DNA of 64,000 bases from Candidatus Omnitrophota bacterium (GCA_043812955.1 JBDRLN010000066.1:885-64884); one strand, 5' to 3'. Numbered from the stretch's first letter, positions 40,845-50,341 are shown. Translations and numbers: made by a program. The notes: a model not told the origin generated them from the letters alone.

Positions 40845-41972
40845 ATGCTGGGCAGGGGCGTTAATAATATAGCTGATAGATCCAGGATATATTCATTAAT
40901 TAAATATACCCTGGCTATCGCAGAATTAACTTATCTTATATTAGTTCTTTTACTATTTCAGTTTTCAGGGGCATCTTACCTGTTATCCGATTGGATAAAG
41001 CAGCTGGTCACACCAGCCTGGCTAGTGCTACCCGTATACCTTTTCCTCGCCCACCTGACGTATTATTTCTTAAATTTACCCTTAAATTTCTGCCATTCTT
41101 TTTTTGTAGAACATCAATTTGGCTTATCCACCCAGAAAATTCCGGACTGGATAAAAGACCAGCTAAAATCCTGGATAATATCCTATCTGATCATAATTAT
41201 CTGCTTGGAGGTTTTTTACTATAGTTTAAAATTAAGCCCTTATTACTGGTGGGGAATAGTTTCTGCCTTTTGGATATTTTTTAATCTGGTTTTAGCTAAG
41301 GTTGCTCCCGTAATTATAATCCCCTTATTCTTTAAATATAAGGAAATCTGCGACGATAAATTAAAACAGAGGATTCTAAATTTAGCTGCCAGGATGAAGG
41401 TAAAGGTTTTGGATGTGTTTGAGATTAATTTTAGCCGGAAGAGCTTAAAAGGCAATGCCGCTTTTGTGGGAATGGGCGCTACAAAACGGGTACTGCTTGC
41501 CGACACCTTAAAAGATAAATACAATTATGATGAAATTGAGGTTATCTTGGCCCATGAATTTGCCCATTTTTACCTGAAACATCTATTAAAATTAGTTATC
41601 ATGAATTCCCTACTGACGATAGTTTTTTTCTGGCTGATTTCAAAGTATAGTTTTTATTTTTTGAGTTTATTTGGGCTGTATTCACTTTCTGAAATCGCGG
41701 CTCTGCCGCTTATTTTTATTTATTTTATCCTATTCGGTATAATTATGGATCCGTTAAGTAATTTTATCAGCCGCAGGTTTGAAACTAATGCCGACAGGAT
41801 GAGCATACAAGCGACCGGATTAAAAGAATCTTTTATTTCAGCAATGGAGAAACTAGGGCTTCAGAACCTGGCTGACTGTAATCCTCATCCGATAATTAAA
41901 TTTATCTTTTTTAGCCATCCGCCTATTAGCGAACGTATTGCCTTGGCCAGGGCATATAGTCTTAAAGATTAG
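40845..41972 (+). CDS. M48-family (Ste24/HtpX-like) membrane zinc metallopeptidase
   Basis: Multi-TM N-terminal half, HEFAHF (HExxH) zinc motif, downstream E and NADRMS-type motif. Confidence 0.8.
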   Translation: MLGRGVNNIADRSRIYSLIKYTLAIAELTYLILVLLLFQFSGASYLLSDWIKQLVTPAWLVLPVYLFLAHLTYYFLNLPLNFCHSFFVEHQFGLSTQKIPDWIKDQLKSWIISYLIIIICLEVFYYSLKLSPYYWWGIVSAFWIFFNLVLAKVAPVIIIPLFFKYKEICDDKLKQRILNLAARMKVKVLDVFEINFSRKSLKGNAAFVGMGATKRVLLADTLKDKYNYDEIEVILAHEFAHFYLKHLLKLVIMNSLLTIVFFWLISKYSFYFLSLFGLYSLSEIAALPLIFIYFILFGIIMDPLSNFISRRFETNADRMSIQATGLKESFISAMEKLGLQNLADCNPHPIIKFIFFSHPPISERIALARAYSLKD

Positions 41973-42128
41973 CGTTGACCATTCCAGCTCTAAGCGGTAG
42001 AATAATGTTGGTGATGCGGGGGTAAAGTAATGGTTTTTAAAAGATCAATGTTTTAGGCAGACTCTTTTGTCCGGGGCCTGCCTATTTTTTACCATTTTCA
42101 TTACAAAAACTCAATGGGGGAGGTTAAT

Positions 42129-42506
42129 ATGGCGGATATTTCTTCCAAGAAGATTTTGCTGGTTGATGATGAAGAAGATGTCCAGGTTTATTTGGGCAAT
42201 ATTTTAAAACGGCACAATTATAAAGTTATCATTGCCACTAACGGTAATAATGGCTTGGATTTGGCCAAACAAGAATTGCCGGATTTGATTGTTTTGGATA
42301 TTATGCTTCCGGATATTGAAGGCAGTGACGTAGCCAGTAAGCTCTCAGAGGATCCGGTTACTAGGAATATCCCGATTATATTCTTAACAGCAATAATACG
42401 CAAGCAAGAAGAGGAAGCGATGATGAAAACCGGTAAACATTATATCCTGGCTAAGCCGGCGATGAAAGAAGATATTCTTGCCCTGATTAACAAAATCCTC
42501 AACTAA
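42129..42506 (+). CDS. Stand-alone CheY-like response-regulator receiver domain
   Basis: LLVDDEEDV...D...LPDIEG...K receiver motifs (acidic pocket, phospho-Asp, conserved Lys). GGGGGAGG RBS before the internal Met. Confidence 0.8.
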   Translation: MADISSKKILLVDDEEDVQVYLGNILKRHNYKVIIATNGNNGLDLAKQELPDLIVLDIMLPDIEGSDVASKLSEDPVTRNIPIIFLTAIIRKQEEEAMMKTGKHYILAKPAMKEDILALINKILN

Positions 42507-42514
42507 ATTTATTA

Positions 42515-42569
42515 GGGGGCGTTTCTATTTTTTCGCCTCTCGGGATTTAAAGAAAATAGAAACGTCCCC
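42515..42569. terminator. Bidirectional terminator (17-bp stem hairpin between convergent rr and lpxB genes)
   Basis: gggggcgtttctatttt ... aaaatagaaacgtcccc with T/A runs on both sides. Confidence 0.7.
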
Positions 42570-42590
42570 TATTTCGTCCTCTATAGGTCG

Positions 42591-43730
42591 TTATTTATTT
42601 AGATAATCGAGAATGATTTTGGCGGCCCGGGTTGCAGCCCCGGGTGAGCCTAATTGGGACTTGACCTCAGCCAATCCCTTGATCATTTCATCCAATTTGG
42701 ACGGGCTATTTAAGAGTGCGAGCGCTTCTTCAGCGATTTTTTCAGGTCTAGCCTGAGATTGGATAAATTCCGGAATAAGCTTCTTGCCGGCTACAATATT
42801 TACCATTCCGATAAAAGGTATTTTTACCTGCGGCCGATACAGCAAATAATTTAACCGGTTCATCTTGTAGATTATAAAAAATGGTTTTTGCATAATCGCG
42901 GTTTCTAAAGTTGCGGTGCCGGAACAGACTAAGGCGAAATCCGCGGCCTCCAGGCAGTCATATGTCCTGGCTTCAACTATTCTTAGGTCAAAACCTAAAT
43001 TCTTTGTGAATCTACCATAAACAGAAAAGTCAACCAGGGCTGATTTTGCTATGATAAACTGAAGTTTAGTAATTTTTTTATTTATCAGCTTGGCGGTTTC
43101 CAGCATTATGGGCAGGATATTTTTGATCTCCTGCTTGCGCGAGCCAGGTAAAAGGGCAATGGTGATATTTGCCCCGGAGAATTTAATTTCTTCCAGGATT
43201 CTTGCTTTCTGGTTTTGAGGTTTGACTATATCCAGCAGAGGATGCCCGACAAAATCGGCCGTTATATTATTACGGCAATAAAAATCCTCCTCAAATTTAA
43301 AAAGCACGATCATCTTTGATATGTATTTTTTGATGGTCTGGATTCTCCCCGGCCGGCTGGCCCAGACCTGGGGTGAGATATAATATATAACCGGTATCTT
43401 TTTATTAATAGCCCTGGCGAGCCGGAGGTTAAATCCGGAAAAATCCACCAGGATTATTCCCAGAGGTTTGATTGCAGTGATTTTATTTAAGATAAGCCTT
43501 TTTAGTTCTAGAAATTTAGGAAGTTTTTTTATGGCTTCAAAAAAACCGAATACGCTCAAATTTTTTATATCGCGATAAATCTCAGCGGCTGTTTTGCTTA
43601 ATGATTCTCCGCCTATCCCGGAGATTTTTATCTGCGGGTCTATTTTTTTTATAGCCTTAGCTAGCTCGCCGGCCTGGAGGTCTCCGGAGGGCTCTCCACA
43701 GACTATAAAGATTTGTTTTATTTGCGCCAT
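42591..43730 (-). CDS. lpxB: Lipid-A-disaccharide synthase
   Basis: MAQIKQIFIVCGEPSGDLQAGELA N-terminus and overall GT-B LpxB architecture; 379 aa. Confidence 0.9.
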   Translation of the reverse strand: MAQIKQIFIVCGEPSGDLQAGELAKAIKKIDPQIKISGIGGESLSKTAAEIYRDIKNLSVFGFFEAIKKLPKFLELKRLILNKITAIKPLGIILVDFSGFNLRLARAINKKIPVIYYISPQVWASRPGRIQTIKKYISKMIVLFKFEEDFYCRNNITADFVGHPLLDIVKPQNQKARILEEIKFSGANITIALLPGSRKQEIKNILPIMLETAKLINKKITKLQFIIAKSALVDFSVYGRFTKNLGFDLRIVEARTYDCLEAADFALVCSGTATLETAIMQKPFFIIYKMNRLNYLLYRPQVKIPFIGMVNIVAGKKLIPEFIQSQARPEKIAEEALALLNSPSKLDEMIKGLAEVKSQLGSPGAATRAAKIILDYLNK

Positions 43731-44674
43731 ATCTGTTTTTGGATTAATAAAGCGATCCTTAACGCCTCCCGGGCTACCTCTCCGGATACGACAGGTTCAG
43801 TATTTTCCCGGACGCAGCTGATAAAGGAACGAAGTTCTTTTTGCAGGGGTTGTTCTTTTTCAATGGGCAGGTCAAGTTTAGTGATACTTAAGCCTTTTTT
43901 TTCGTATACACAGGCTCGGGCCTCTTTATAGTCTAAGGATATGTAGGTATTCTCCTGAAAGATCCGGATCTTACGCATTACCTCGTCGGATACCCGGCTG
44001 GCAGTTAGGTTAGCAACGCAGCCGTTTTTAAAAGTTATCCTGACATTGGCAATATCCTCAAACGGGGTGAGTACCCCTATGCCGACGGACTCGATCTTTT
44101 TAATCTTAGACGGGACCAATCCTAAGATAATATCAATATCATGGATCATGATATCCATTACTGCGCCCACATCCAGGGAGCGGTTGGGAAACTGGCTTAA
44201 GCGGTGGCATTCAATAAATTTAGGGTTGTGGATAATATCGCGAACTGCCTTAAAAGCGGAATTAAATCTTTCGATGTGGCCTACTTGCAGGATTAATTTA
44301 TTTTTGCGGGCCAGCCTGATTAGAGAGTTTGCTTCTTTAAGATTAACGGTAAAAGGTTTCTCTACTAAGACAGGGATATTTTGTTTTAGAAAATCCCGGG
44401 CAATTTGGTAATGTAGTTTAGTGGGCACGGCAATACTTACCGCATCGACCCGGCCGAATAAATCCCGGTAATCTTTAAACCCGCTCACGCCTAATTCTTC
44501 GGATAATTTAGCTAGTTGTTGCGGATTGGTATCGCAAATTCCTTCCAGCTGGCAATTTTCGATTTCTTTGTAGATTTTGGCATGCAGGCTTCCCAGGTAT
44601 CCTGTGCCGATTACCGCCACTTTGATTAGGTTGTCCATAATATAAATGATAGCAAATCTTGCTTTAGGTTGCAA
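43718..44674 (-). CDS. Gfo/Idh/MocA-family NAD(P)-dependent oxidoreductase (possible GnnA-like UDP-GlcNAc 3-dehydrogenase)
   Basis: N-terminal Rossmann GxGxxG (VAVIGTGYLG) and Gfo/Idh/MocA C-terminal domain; co-transcribed with lpxB and overlapping it by 13 nt. Confidence 0.75.
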   Translation of the reverse strand: MQPKARFAIIYIMDNLIKVAVIGTGYLGSLHAKIYKEIENCQLEGICDTNPQQLAKLSEELGVSGFKDYRDLFGRVDAVSIAVPTKLHYQIARDFLKQNIPVLVEKPFTVNLKEANSLIRLARKNKLILQVGHIERFNSAFKAVRDIIHNPKFIECHRLSQFPNRSLDVGAVMDIMIHDIDIILGLVPSKIKKIESVGIGVLTPFEDIANVRITFKNGCVANLTASRVSDEVMRKIRIFQENTYISLDYKEARACVYEKKGLSITKLDLPIEKEQPLQKELRSFISCVRENTEPVVSGEVAREALRIALLIQKQIWRK

Positions 44675-44705
44675 GACAAATATTTATAAACACAATTAAA
44701 AAGCA

Positions 44706-44779
44706 GGGACGGTTCTGAAACTGATCTTAAACTGTCCCCAAAAAAGGGACACTTTAGCTTTGTGTTCAGAACCGTCCCC
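44706..44779. repeat. MITE-like nested-palindrome element, copy 3 (family A, inverted orientation)
   Basis: Reverse complement of the copy at 9140; located in the divergent lpx/pil intergenic region. Confidence 0.85.
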
Positions 44780-44983
44780 ATATTTGCATTAGTTATATAA
44801 AAATTAGGGGGTTGTCGCGCCTAATTATATACGCCGCAGCCGAATTTAGGTCGATTTAGTATTAATACTATTAAATATATTCAAATATATTCAAATATAT
44901 TCAATGACATTATATAGTATTAGTTAGAAAATAACACATTTATTGCTATATGCCATAATAAGTTAGATAAATAAAAAAAATAC

Positions 44984-45012
44984 TTGACAACTACTATTTA
45001 ATACTTTAAGAT
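44984..45012 (+). promoter_or_regulatory. sigma70-like promoter TTGACA-N17-TAAGAT heading the pilus locus, within an AT-rich region with atatattcaa x3 tandem repeats (44871-44905)
   Basis: Seen directly. Confidence 0.5.
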
Positions 45013-45050
45013 ACCATCAAATAGTATTAAATATATACAAGGTAAAAACT

Positions 45051-45242
45051 ATGTTAGAAGGTAAATTATTCACTGCTCAACAAGTAGCTCAGGAATTAGG
45101 TATTTCTAAGCAGACCCTTTTTCGTTATGAAAAAAAAGGAATCTTACCTAAGGCCAAGCGAAATTCAATTAATCGCTGGCGTCTATATACTGAACAAGAT
45201 ATTTTAATATTAAAAGGGATAATTGAGGTGAGTATTGGATAG
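45051..45242 (+). CDS. MerR/excisionase-type HTH DNA-binding protein
   Basis: 63 aa; LFTAQQVAQELGISKQTLFRYEKKGILPKA...RWRLYTEQDI matches the HTH_17/excisionase-family fold. Confidence 0.7.
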   Translation: MLEGKLFTAQQVAQELGISKQTLFRYEKKGILPKAKRNSINRWRLYTEQDILILKGIIEVSIG

Positions 45243-45684
45243 GAAGATTTTTCATGTTTTAATTATTTTGGGCATTTTATTTTTCTCTTCTTGCGTAAAG
45301 GAAGAAGGGGCGCGGGCTATTAAGAAATCCGGTAGGATTGGGAAAAATAAAGAAAAAGCAGCGGCCGATCCAGCTAATGTTTCATTGCCACAAGAGAATA
45401 TTACGGTTAATTTTGATAAACAGCGAAATCCATTTTTAACCCCGGAAGAAGAATTAAAATTCAGGGATAAGGAAGGGCGTTTGATAATTGATAAACCTCG
45501 CGTTTTAGCGGTATTTTCTTCCCCCGGCAAAAGCGGCGCGCTTATAGGCGGAAGGGTTTTTAAGGTGGGTGATATTTTTGACAATAAAGAGGTTATAGGG
45601 ATAAGCCCTTCAGGGGTCATACTTAAAGACAGGCATACCCAGTATATATTGAAGATGCCGGATATTATCGAGAGGAGTCCTTAA
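45235..45684 (+). CDS. PilP-like lipoprotein (tentative)
   Basis: Lipobox-like FFSSC. The C-terminal beta-rich region (GGRVFKVGDIFDNKEVIGISPSGVILKD) resembles the PilP secretin-binding domain. It sits next to the secretin genes. Confidence 0.4.
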   Translation: MDRKIFHVLIILGILFFSSCVKEEGARAIKKSGRIGKNKEKAAADPANVSLPQENITVNFDKQRNPFLTPEEELKFRDKEGRLIIDKPRVLAVFSSPGKSGALIGGRVFKVGDIFDNKEVIGISPSGVILKDRHTQYILKMPDIIERSP

Positions 45685-46589
45685 TGCAGGGGTTTTTAAG
45701 GGCAGTGGTATTACTAATGATTATTAACCTGTTAATTGCGCCCAAGGCCAGAGATTACCTTTCTGCTCAATCATCTCAAGAGGTGGTTTCGAGTTTGCCA
45801 AGTAGAGGTGAACAGGGTATCCCTGGGCAGATTGGGACAGGATCAGGCAGCCAAGAACAAGATATTAGCCAAGATTCTATTGCCGAGTCATCCCCGCTTA
45901 TAGAGATAAAGAGAATAAGTCCGGATAGCGACCTTTTTTCTATAGAATTAAGGGATGAGACATTGAGGAATATTTTCCAGTATATTGCTCACAATTATAA
46001 TTTAAATATCTTAGTGGATAATGAGGTTAGCGGTAATATAAAGGCTAGCTTTACCAATATTTCCTTAGAAGAGGCGATGGATAGCATTGCCGAGATCAGC
46101 AATCTTATCTTGGAAAAAAAGAAGAATATTATTGTAGTTAAACCAAATCTAATTACCCGGATTTTTGTGCTTAAGTATACGGAGGCCAAGAAAATAGCTC
46201 AGATTTCTAGCTCTGTGTCAAGCCAGGCAGCTGAGACTACGGGGGCCACAGCGAAAAGTTCTGAATCTTCCGCTGTTTCTGGCGCTTCCGAAGGCGCCAC
46301 AGCCTTGGCCAGCAGCAAACAGGAAAGCACTATCTATGATTTGCTTTCGGATAAAGGAAAAGTTTTGCTGGGTAAGCAACCTAATTCCCTTATGGTTATT
46401 GACTATCCGCCGAATATTGCTAGGATAGAGAATTATCTAAGCAGCATTGACCAGAAAATGGCCAGGCGAATTTTTAAGCTTAAATATTTAAAAGCTGGCC
46501 AGATTTCCGGAGGCGATTCCGGTAGCCTTTCTACTGATAGCACAGGAGGGGCAGCTAGTGCAACTAGTACTACTAGTTCAGGGTCATAA
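45684..46589 (+). CDS. Secretin N-domain protein (N0/N1-like domains + S/T/G-rich tail): first half of a split secretin
   Basis: Signal peptide. IELRDETLRNIFQYIAHNYNLNILVD...SLEEAMDSIAEISNLI matches the secretin/TonB N-terminal domain. LLSDKGKVLLGKQPNSLMVIDYPPNIARIENYLSSID is a second N-domain. The ORF ends inside a Ser/Thr/Gly-rich low-complexity tract. Confidence 0.6.
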   Translation: MQGFLRAVVLLMIINLLIAPKARDYLSAQSSQEVVSSLPSRGEQGIPGQIGTGSGSQEQDISQDSIAESSPLIEIKRISPDSDLFSIELRDETLRNIFQYIAHNYNLNILVDNEVSGNIKASFTNISLEEAMDSIAEISNLILEKKKNIIVVKPNLITRIFVLKYTEAKKIAQISSSVSSQAAETTGATAKSSESSAVSGASEGATALASSKQESTIYDLLSDKGKVLLGKQPNSLMVIDYPPNIARIENYLSSIDQKMARRIFKLKYLKAGQISGGDSGSLSTDSTGGAASATSTTSSGS

Positions 46590-46638
46590 TCCGGTAGTAG
46601 CAGTAGTAGCGACGGATAATGAGAATAGGATAAGCTAA

Positions 46639-47976
46639 TTGAAGAAGATAGTCATTATAATTATCTGTGGGGTGTTGTCATATGTCTCATTAGCATATGG
46701 CCAGGTAGCCAGTAATAATATTACCTCTCTGCTTTCTTCCGAGGGCAAGATTCTATACGGAGATGAGCCGAATTCAATAGTGGTAATTGATTATCCGGAT
46801 AATATAGACCAGATTAGCGAGTATTTAAAAACAGTGGATAATCCGCCTTCTCAGGTCCTTATTGAGGCCAGGGTGGTAGAAGTTAAATTACAAAAAGAGC
46901 ATAGCCTGGGTATAACCTGGGAAGCCTTTGCCAGAGGTATTAATGATGGTCCGCCGGGATTAGACCTTAGGCGGAGCCTGGGTATTACCGCTGCTAAGGT
47001 TTTCGGCTCAGCTGTAAATACGTCTATCAGCCAATCCATTCCTTATAAACCAACTTATTATCCTCCCGCACAATCAGTCACTGGCGCGGAGAATCCATTT
47101 ACGGTTACTATATTTGATGAGAATATAAATATAGTGTTAAAAGCCTTAGCGAATGAATTAGATACCAATATCCTTTCTGCGCCTAGTGTTACCACGGTCA
47201 ATAACCGGATGGCTGAAATTAAAGTAATAAAGAGGCTTCCCTGGGCAGAGCCGTCAGTATCTACTGATGCCGATACAGGGGACGTAACAGTAACCTGGGC
47301 GATTAATTTTGAAGAAGTGGGTATTAATCTTAATGTTACGCCTACAATAGACTCTGAAAATAAAAATATAATTATGACTCTTTTTCCGGAAGTGAGCGAG
47401 AAGATAGGCGAATATAATCTTAACGTTACTTCAGGAGGAACCTCAGTGCCTTATACTGTTCCGATTATTGATAGGCGCAGTGCATCTACCAGGGTAGTTA
47501 TAGGAGATGGCCAGACTTTGATAATTGGAGGACTGATAAAGGATACATCTTTTAAAGGAGAGACTAAAATTCCCTTTCTGGGAGACTTGCCTTATCTAGG
47601 CTATTTATTTAAGAGCAAGAAAGACATCAAGGAAAAGACGGAACTGTTAATTTTTGTTTCGCCCAGGATTATTAATGCCGATAGTTACTCTTATATGGCT
47701 AAAAAGGAGAAGTATGGTTCCGGCAGAGTTTTTGCTGAAGACAGGCTTCGGCAGGAACGGATGATGTCGGTACTAGAAATTAGGGCAAAAGAAAAAGAAA
47801 AAAAGGCTACTGTTAATATGGAATCTGTGAAAAAAACTCAGGAGTCAATTATAAGCGAGAGAAAGAAGTTGGAGGCGCAGATTATTAATGAGGAGACTAT
47901 TATAAGCGTACTGGAAGACGAAAAAAAGGCTGTAGCTCAGAAGAAGAAAGAGCTAGAAAGAACCAAGGGAAGATAA
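46639..47976 (+). CDS. pilQ: Type IV pilus/T2SS secretin (N3 domain + secretin C-domain)
   Basis: Own signal-peptide-like N-terminus (TTG start). LLSSEGKILYGDEPNSIVVIDYPDNIDQISEYLKTVD N-domain, then the secretin core with GGLIKD...IPFLGDLPYLGYLFKSK...LLIFVSPRII motifs. K/E-rich C-terminal tail. Confidence 0.85.
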   Translation: MKKIVIIIICGVLSYVSLAYGQVASNNITSLLSSEGKILYGDEPNSIVVIDYPDNIDQISEYLKTVDNPPSQVLIEARVVEVKLQKEHSLGITWEAFARGINDGPPGLDLRRSLGITAAKVFGSAVNTSISQSIPYKPTYYPPAQSVTGAENPFTVTIFDENINIVLKALANELDTNILSAPSVTTVNNRMAEIKVIKRLPWAEPSVSTDADTGDVTVTWAINFEEVGINLNVTPTIDSENKNIIMTLFPEVSEKIGEYNLNVTSGGTSVPYTVPIIDRRSASTRVVIGDGQTLIIGGLIKDTSFKGETKIPFLGDLPYLGYLFKSKKDIKEKTELLIFVSPRIINADSYSYMAKKEKYGSGRVFAEDRLRQERMMSVLEIRAKEKEKKATVNMESVKKTQESIISERKKLEAQIINEETIISVLEDEKKAVAQKKKELERTKGR

Positions 47977-48506
47977 TGAAGGCGTATCCGATTTTATTCT
48001 TAAGCCTGAGTGTTGTAGTTTTTTGTTTTTGGGGAGGAAAATTTGCTTTTGCCCAAAATCAAGACTCGGAAGTACTTATTGCAGAAATAAAATCAAGTGT
48101 TAGAATGGAACGAGGCGCAATCAAGAATTTAAGTAAAAGATATCAATCAATTTTAAGAAAAAAAAAATTAATTGAAAGTTCCGTTGAGAAGGAGAAAAGA
48201 AAATTAGCCCAATTCAAACGCGCTGCCTTGGAAAAAGAGCGGGGGCTGATAACTAAAGAGTATATTAAAGAGAAAAAAAAGGCCTGGGCAAAAAAAACTC
48301 CTAAAATAAAAGAGAATAAAGCAGCTTTAGAAGAACAAAAACCGGCTTTAAGAAAAATTAAACAGCAACAAGACAGGGTTCAACTGAAAAGACAGCCCAA
48401 AGGTAAGGGGTATGCTTTAGAGGAAATAAGAAAACAGCATCAGTTTCAAAGAGGGGCTGTTATTGAAAGACTAAAATATTACGAGTCGGTAAGAAAAAAT
48501 TATTAA
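47976..48506 (+). CDS. Secreted Lys/Glu-rich coiled-coil protein
   Basis: Signal peptide followed by a highly charged heptad-rich sequence; function unknown; located between pilQ and pilB. Confidence 0.5.
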   Translation: MKAYPILFLSLSVVVFCFWGGKFAFAQNQDSEVLIAEIKSSVRMERGAIKNLSKRYQSILRKKKLIESSVEKEKRKLAQFKRAALEKERGLITKEYIKEKKKAWAKKTPKIKENKAALEEQKPALRKIKQQQDRVQLKRQPKGKGYALEEIRKQHQFQRGAVIERLKYYESVRKNY

Positions 48507-48593
48507 GCCGAAGGCCGCTGTTGAAAGTAAGCAATTTTGGGGTTGGTTGCAAAGTTTTAAAAATATTGAGTCCACTCTAGGATAAGGTTTATC

Positions 48594-50264
48594 ATGTCTG
48601 AATTAAATAAAGAATTAGGGGAGATCTTGATTGAGCAGAGGGTAATTACCTCCCAACAGCTCAATGAGGCATTAGGTCTGCAGAAGGTTTCCGGAGGAAA
48701 GATAGGGGAAATTTTAGTTAGGAAGGGGTGGGTTGTCCAGGCGGATATTGAGCGTTGTCTGGCCCTGCAAAGAGGTATTACTAAATTTGACTTGGCTAAT
48801 TACATCATCGAACCCGAGATAATTGCTTTAGTCCCGGAGGATTTTGCCCGTAAATATAAACTCATGCCTGTATTTACAATTGAAGGCGTTCTTACCGTAG
48901 CCATGGTTGATCCCACTGATGTATTTATTATGGATGAAATGCAGCGCATCTGTAAGATGAATATTGAGGGTGTTCAGGCTGAAGAGATAGATATAAGAAA
49001 AGCGCAGGAACAGTATTTCGGTGAATCCGGCAGCCTGATGGACATCGTGGCTACCATAGATAAAGATAAATTGGCTGAAGGGGAGAAACTAGGAGAGGAT
49101 GCCCCGATAATAAAAATAGTTAATCAATTCATTATTCAGGCGGTGCAATCCAAGGCCTCGGATATACATATTGAGCCCGAAGAGAAGATCTTGAATGTGC
49201 GTTATCGTATAGATGGCATGCTGCATAGGATTTATTCCCTTCCCAGGGATTTAACTAATGCCATAGTTTCCCGGGCTAAGATTATGTCTGGACTGGATAT
49301 TGCCGAGAAGCGCCTGCCCCAGGATGGCCGCATTTTAATGAAAATAGGCAGTAAAGAGATAGATTTCCGCGTTTCTACCTGTCCGACAGTTTTCGGAGAA
49401 AATGTAGTTATGCGTATCTTGGATAAAAGCGGGCTGGTCCTGGGCCTGGAGAGCCTGGGTTTTTCCACACGCGAAATAGAGTTATTCAAAAGTTTCATCA
49501 GTTCGCCTTACGGAATAATTTTAGTAACCGGGCCTACCGGAAGCGGAAAGACTACTACTTTATATTCAGCCCTTACTATTTTGAACAAAGAAAATGTAAA
49601 CATTATGACTGTGGAGGATCCGGTAGAATATCAATTTTCCGGTATCCGCCAGGTAAATGTAAATCCCATGGCCGGCCTAACCTTTGCTTCGGCCCTGCGT
49701 TCTTTTTTAAGGCAGGACCCGAACATAATAATGATCGGAGAAATCCGCGACCGCGAGACTGCTGAGATCGCGGTCCAGGCAGCGCTTACCGGCCACTTGG
49801 TCTTGTCTACGCTGCATACCAATGATTCGCCGACCGCCTTTACCAGGCTGACCAATATGGGAGTGGAGCCATTTTTGGTTTCTTCTTCTCTGCTGGGGAT
49901 TATAGCTCAGCGTTTAATCCGCAAGGTCTGTGAAAAATGCCGGGATTTTTACAAGCCGACAGATACGACTTTATTTAGTCTGGGTTTTAAGGATACGGAT
50001 CCTAAGGATATAAAATTTGCCAAAGGCCGGGGTTGTAATATTTGTAATCATACCGGTTATAAAGGCAGGATAGGTATATATGAAGTTCTAAAACCCAGCC
50101 CGGAGATACAGCGTTTGGTTTTAGAGCGGGCCTCATCAGACGCAATCAAAAATATTGCTGTTAAACAAGGCTTACATACATTAAGAGAGGTGGCCGTAGA
50201 AAAACTTATGGCTGGGCTTACGTCCGTAGAGGAGGTGATCCGGGTTACTATGGAATCAGGTTAG
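48594..50264 (+). CDS. pilB: Type IV pilus assembly ATPase (GspE/PilB family) with MshEN-type N-terminal domain
   Basis: Walker A GPTGSGKTT, Asp/His boxes, tetracysteine CxxC...CxxC. N-terminus has two tandem 23-aa motifs LGEILIEQRVITSQQLNEALGLQ / IGEILVRKGWVVQADIERCLALQ followed by a T2SSE_N domain. Confidence 0.9.
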   Translation: MSELNKELGEILIEQRVITSQQLNEALGLQKVSGGKIGEILVRKGWVVQADIERCLALQRGITKFDLANYIIEPEIIALVPEDFARKYKLMPVFTIEGVLTVAMVDPTDVFIMDEMQRICKMNIEGVQAEEIDIRKAQEQYFGESGSLMDIVATIDKDKLAEGEKLGEDAPIIKIVNQFIIQAVQSKASDIHIEPEEKILNVRYRIDGMLHRIYSLPRDLTNAIVSRAKIMSGLDIAEKRLPQDGRILMKIGSKEIDFRVSTCPTVFGENVVMRILDKSGLVLGLESLGFSTREIELFKSFISSPYGIILVTGPTGSGKTTTLYSALTILNKENVNIMTVEDPVEYQFSGIRQVNVNPMAGLTFASALRSFLRQDPNIIMIGEIRDRETAEIAVQAALTGHLVLSTLHTNDSPTAFTRLTNMGVEPFLVSSSLLGIIAQRLIRKVCEKCRDFYKPTDTTLFSLGFKDTDPKDIKFAKGRGCNICNHTGYKGRIGIYEVLKPSPEIQRLVLERASSDAIKNIAVKQGLHTLREVAVEKLMAGLTSVEEVIRVTMESG

Positions 50265-50280
50265 TAGGTTAAAAATTACC

Positions 50281-50308
50281 TTGCAAATTAATCGCTAAAT
50301 GGTATACT
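50281..50308 (+). promoter_or_regulatory. Candidate sigma70 promoter TTGCAA-N16-TATACT upstream of the major pilin gene
   Basis: Seen directly. An alternative weak sigma54-like TGGTAT-N5-TTACA overlaps it. Confidence 0.4.
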
Positions 50309-50341
50309 AATTACAGGGGTAGATAAAAAAGGAGGTGAAAT

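Noticed and set aside
41984-42090. TTGACC-N17-TAGAAT promoter followed by a hairpin/U-tract before the response-regulator gene (possible attenuator)
   Set aside because: The hairpin is more simply the terminator of the M48 peptidase gene and the promoter match may be fortuitous; not enough evidence to call a regulatory device.
43594-44411. Plus-strand ORFs (43594, 43713, 44046) within lpxB and the oxidoreductase region
   Set aside because: Antisense to confident minus-strand genes; compositionally biased.
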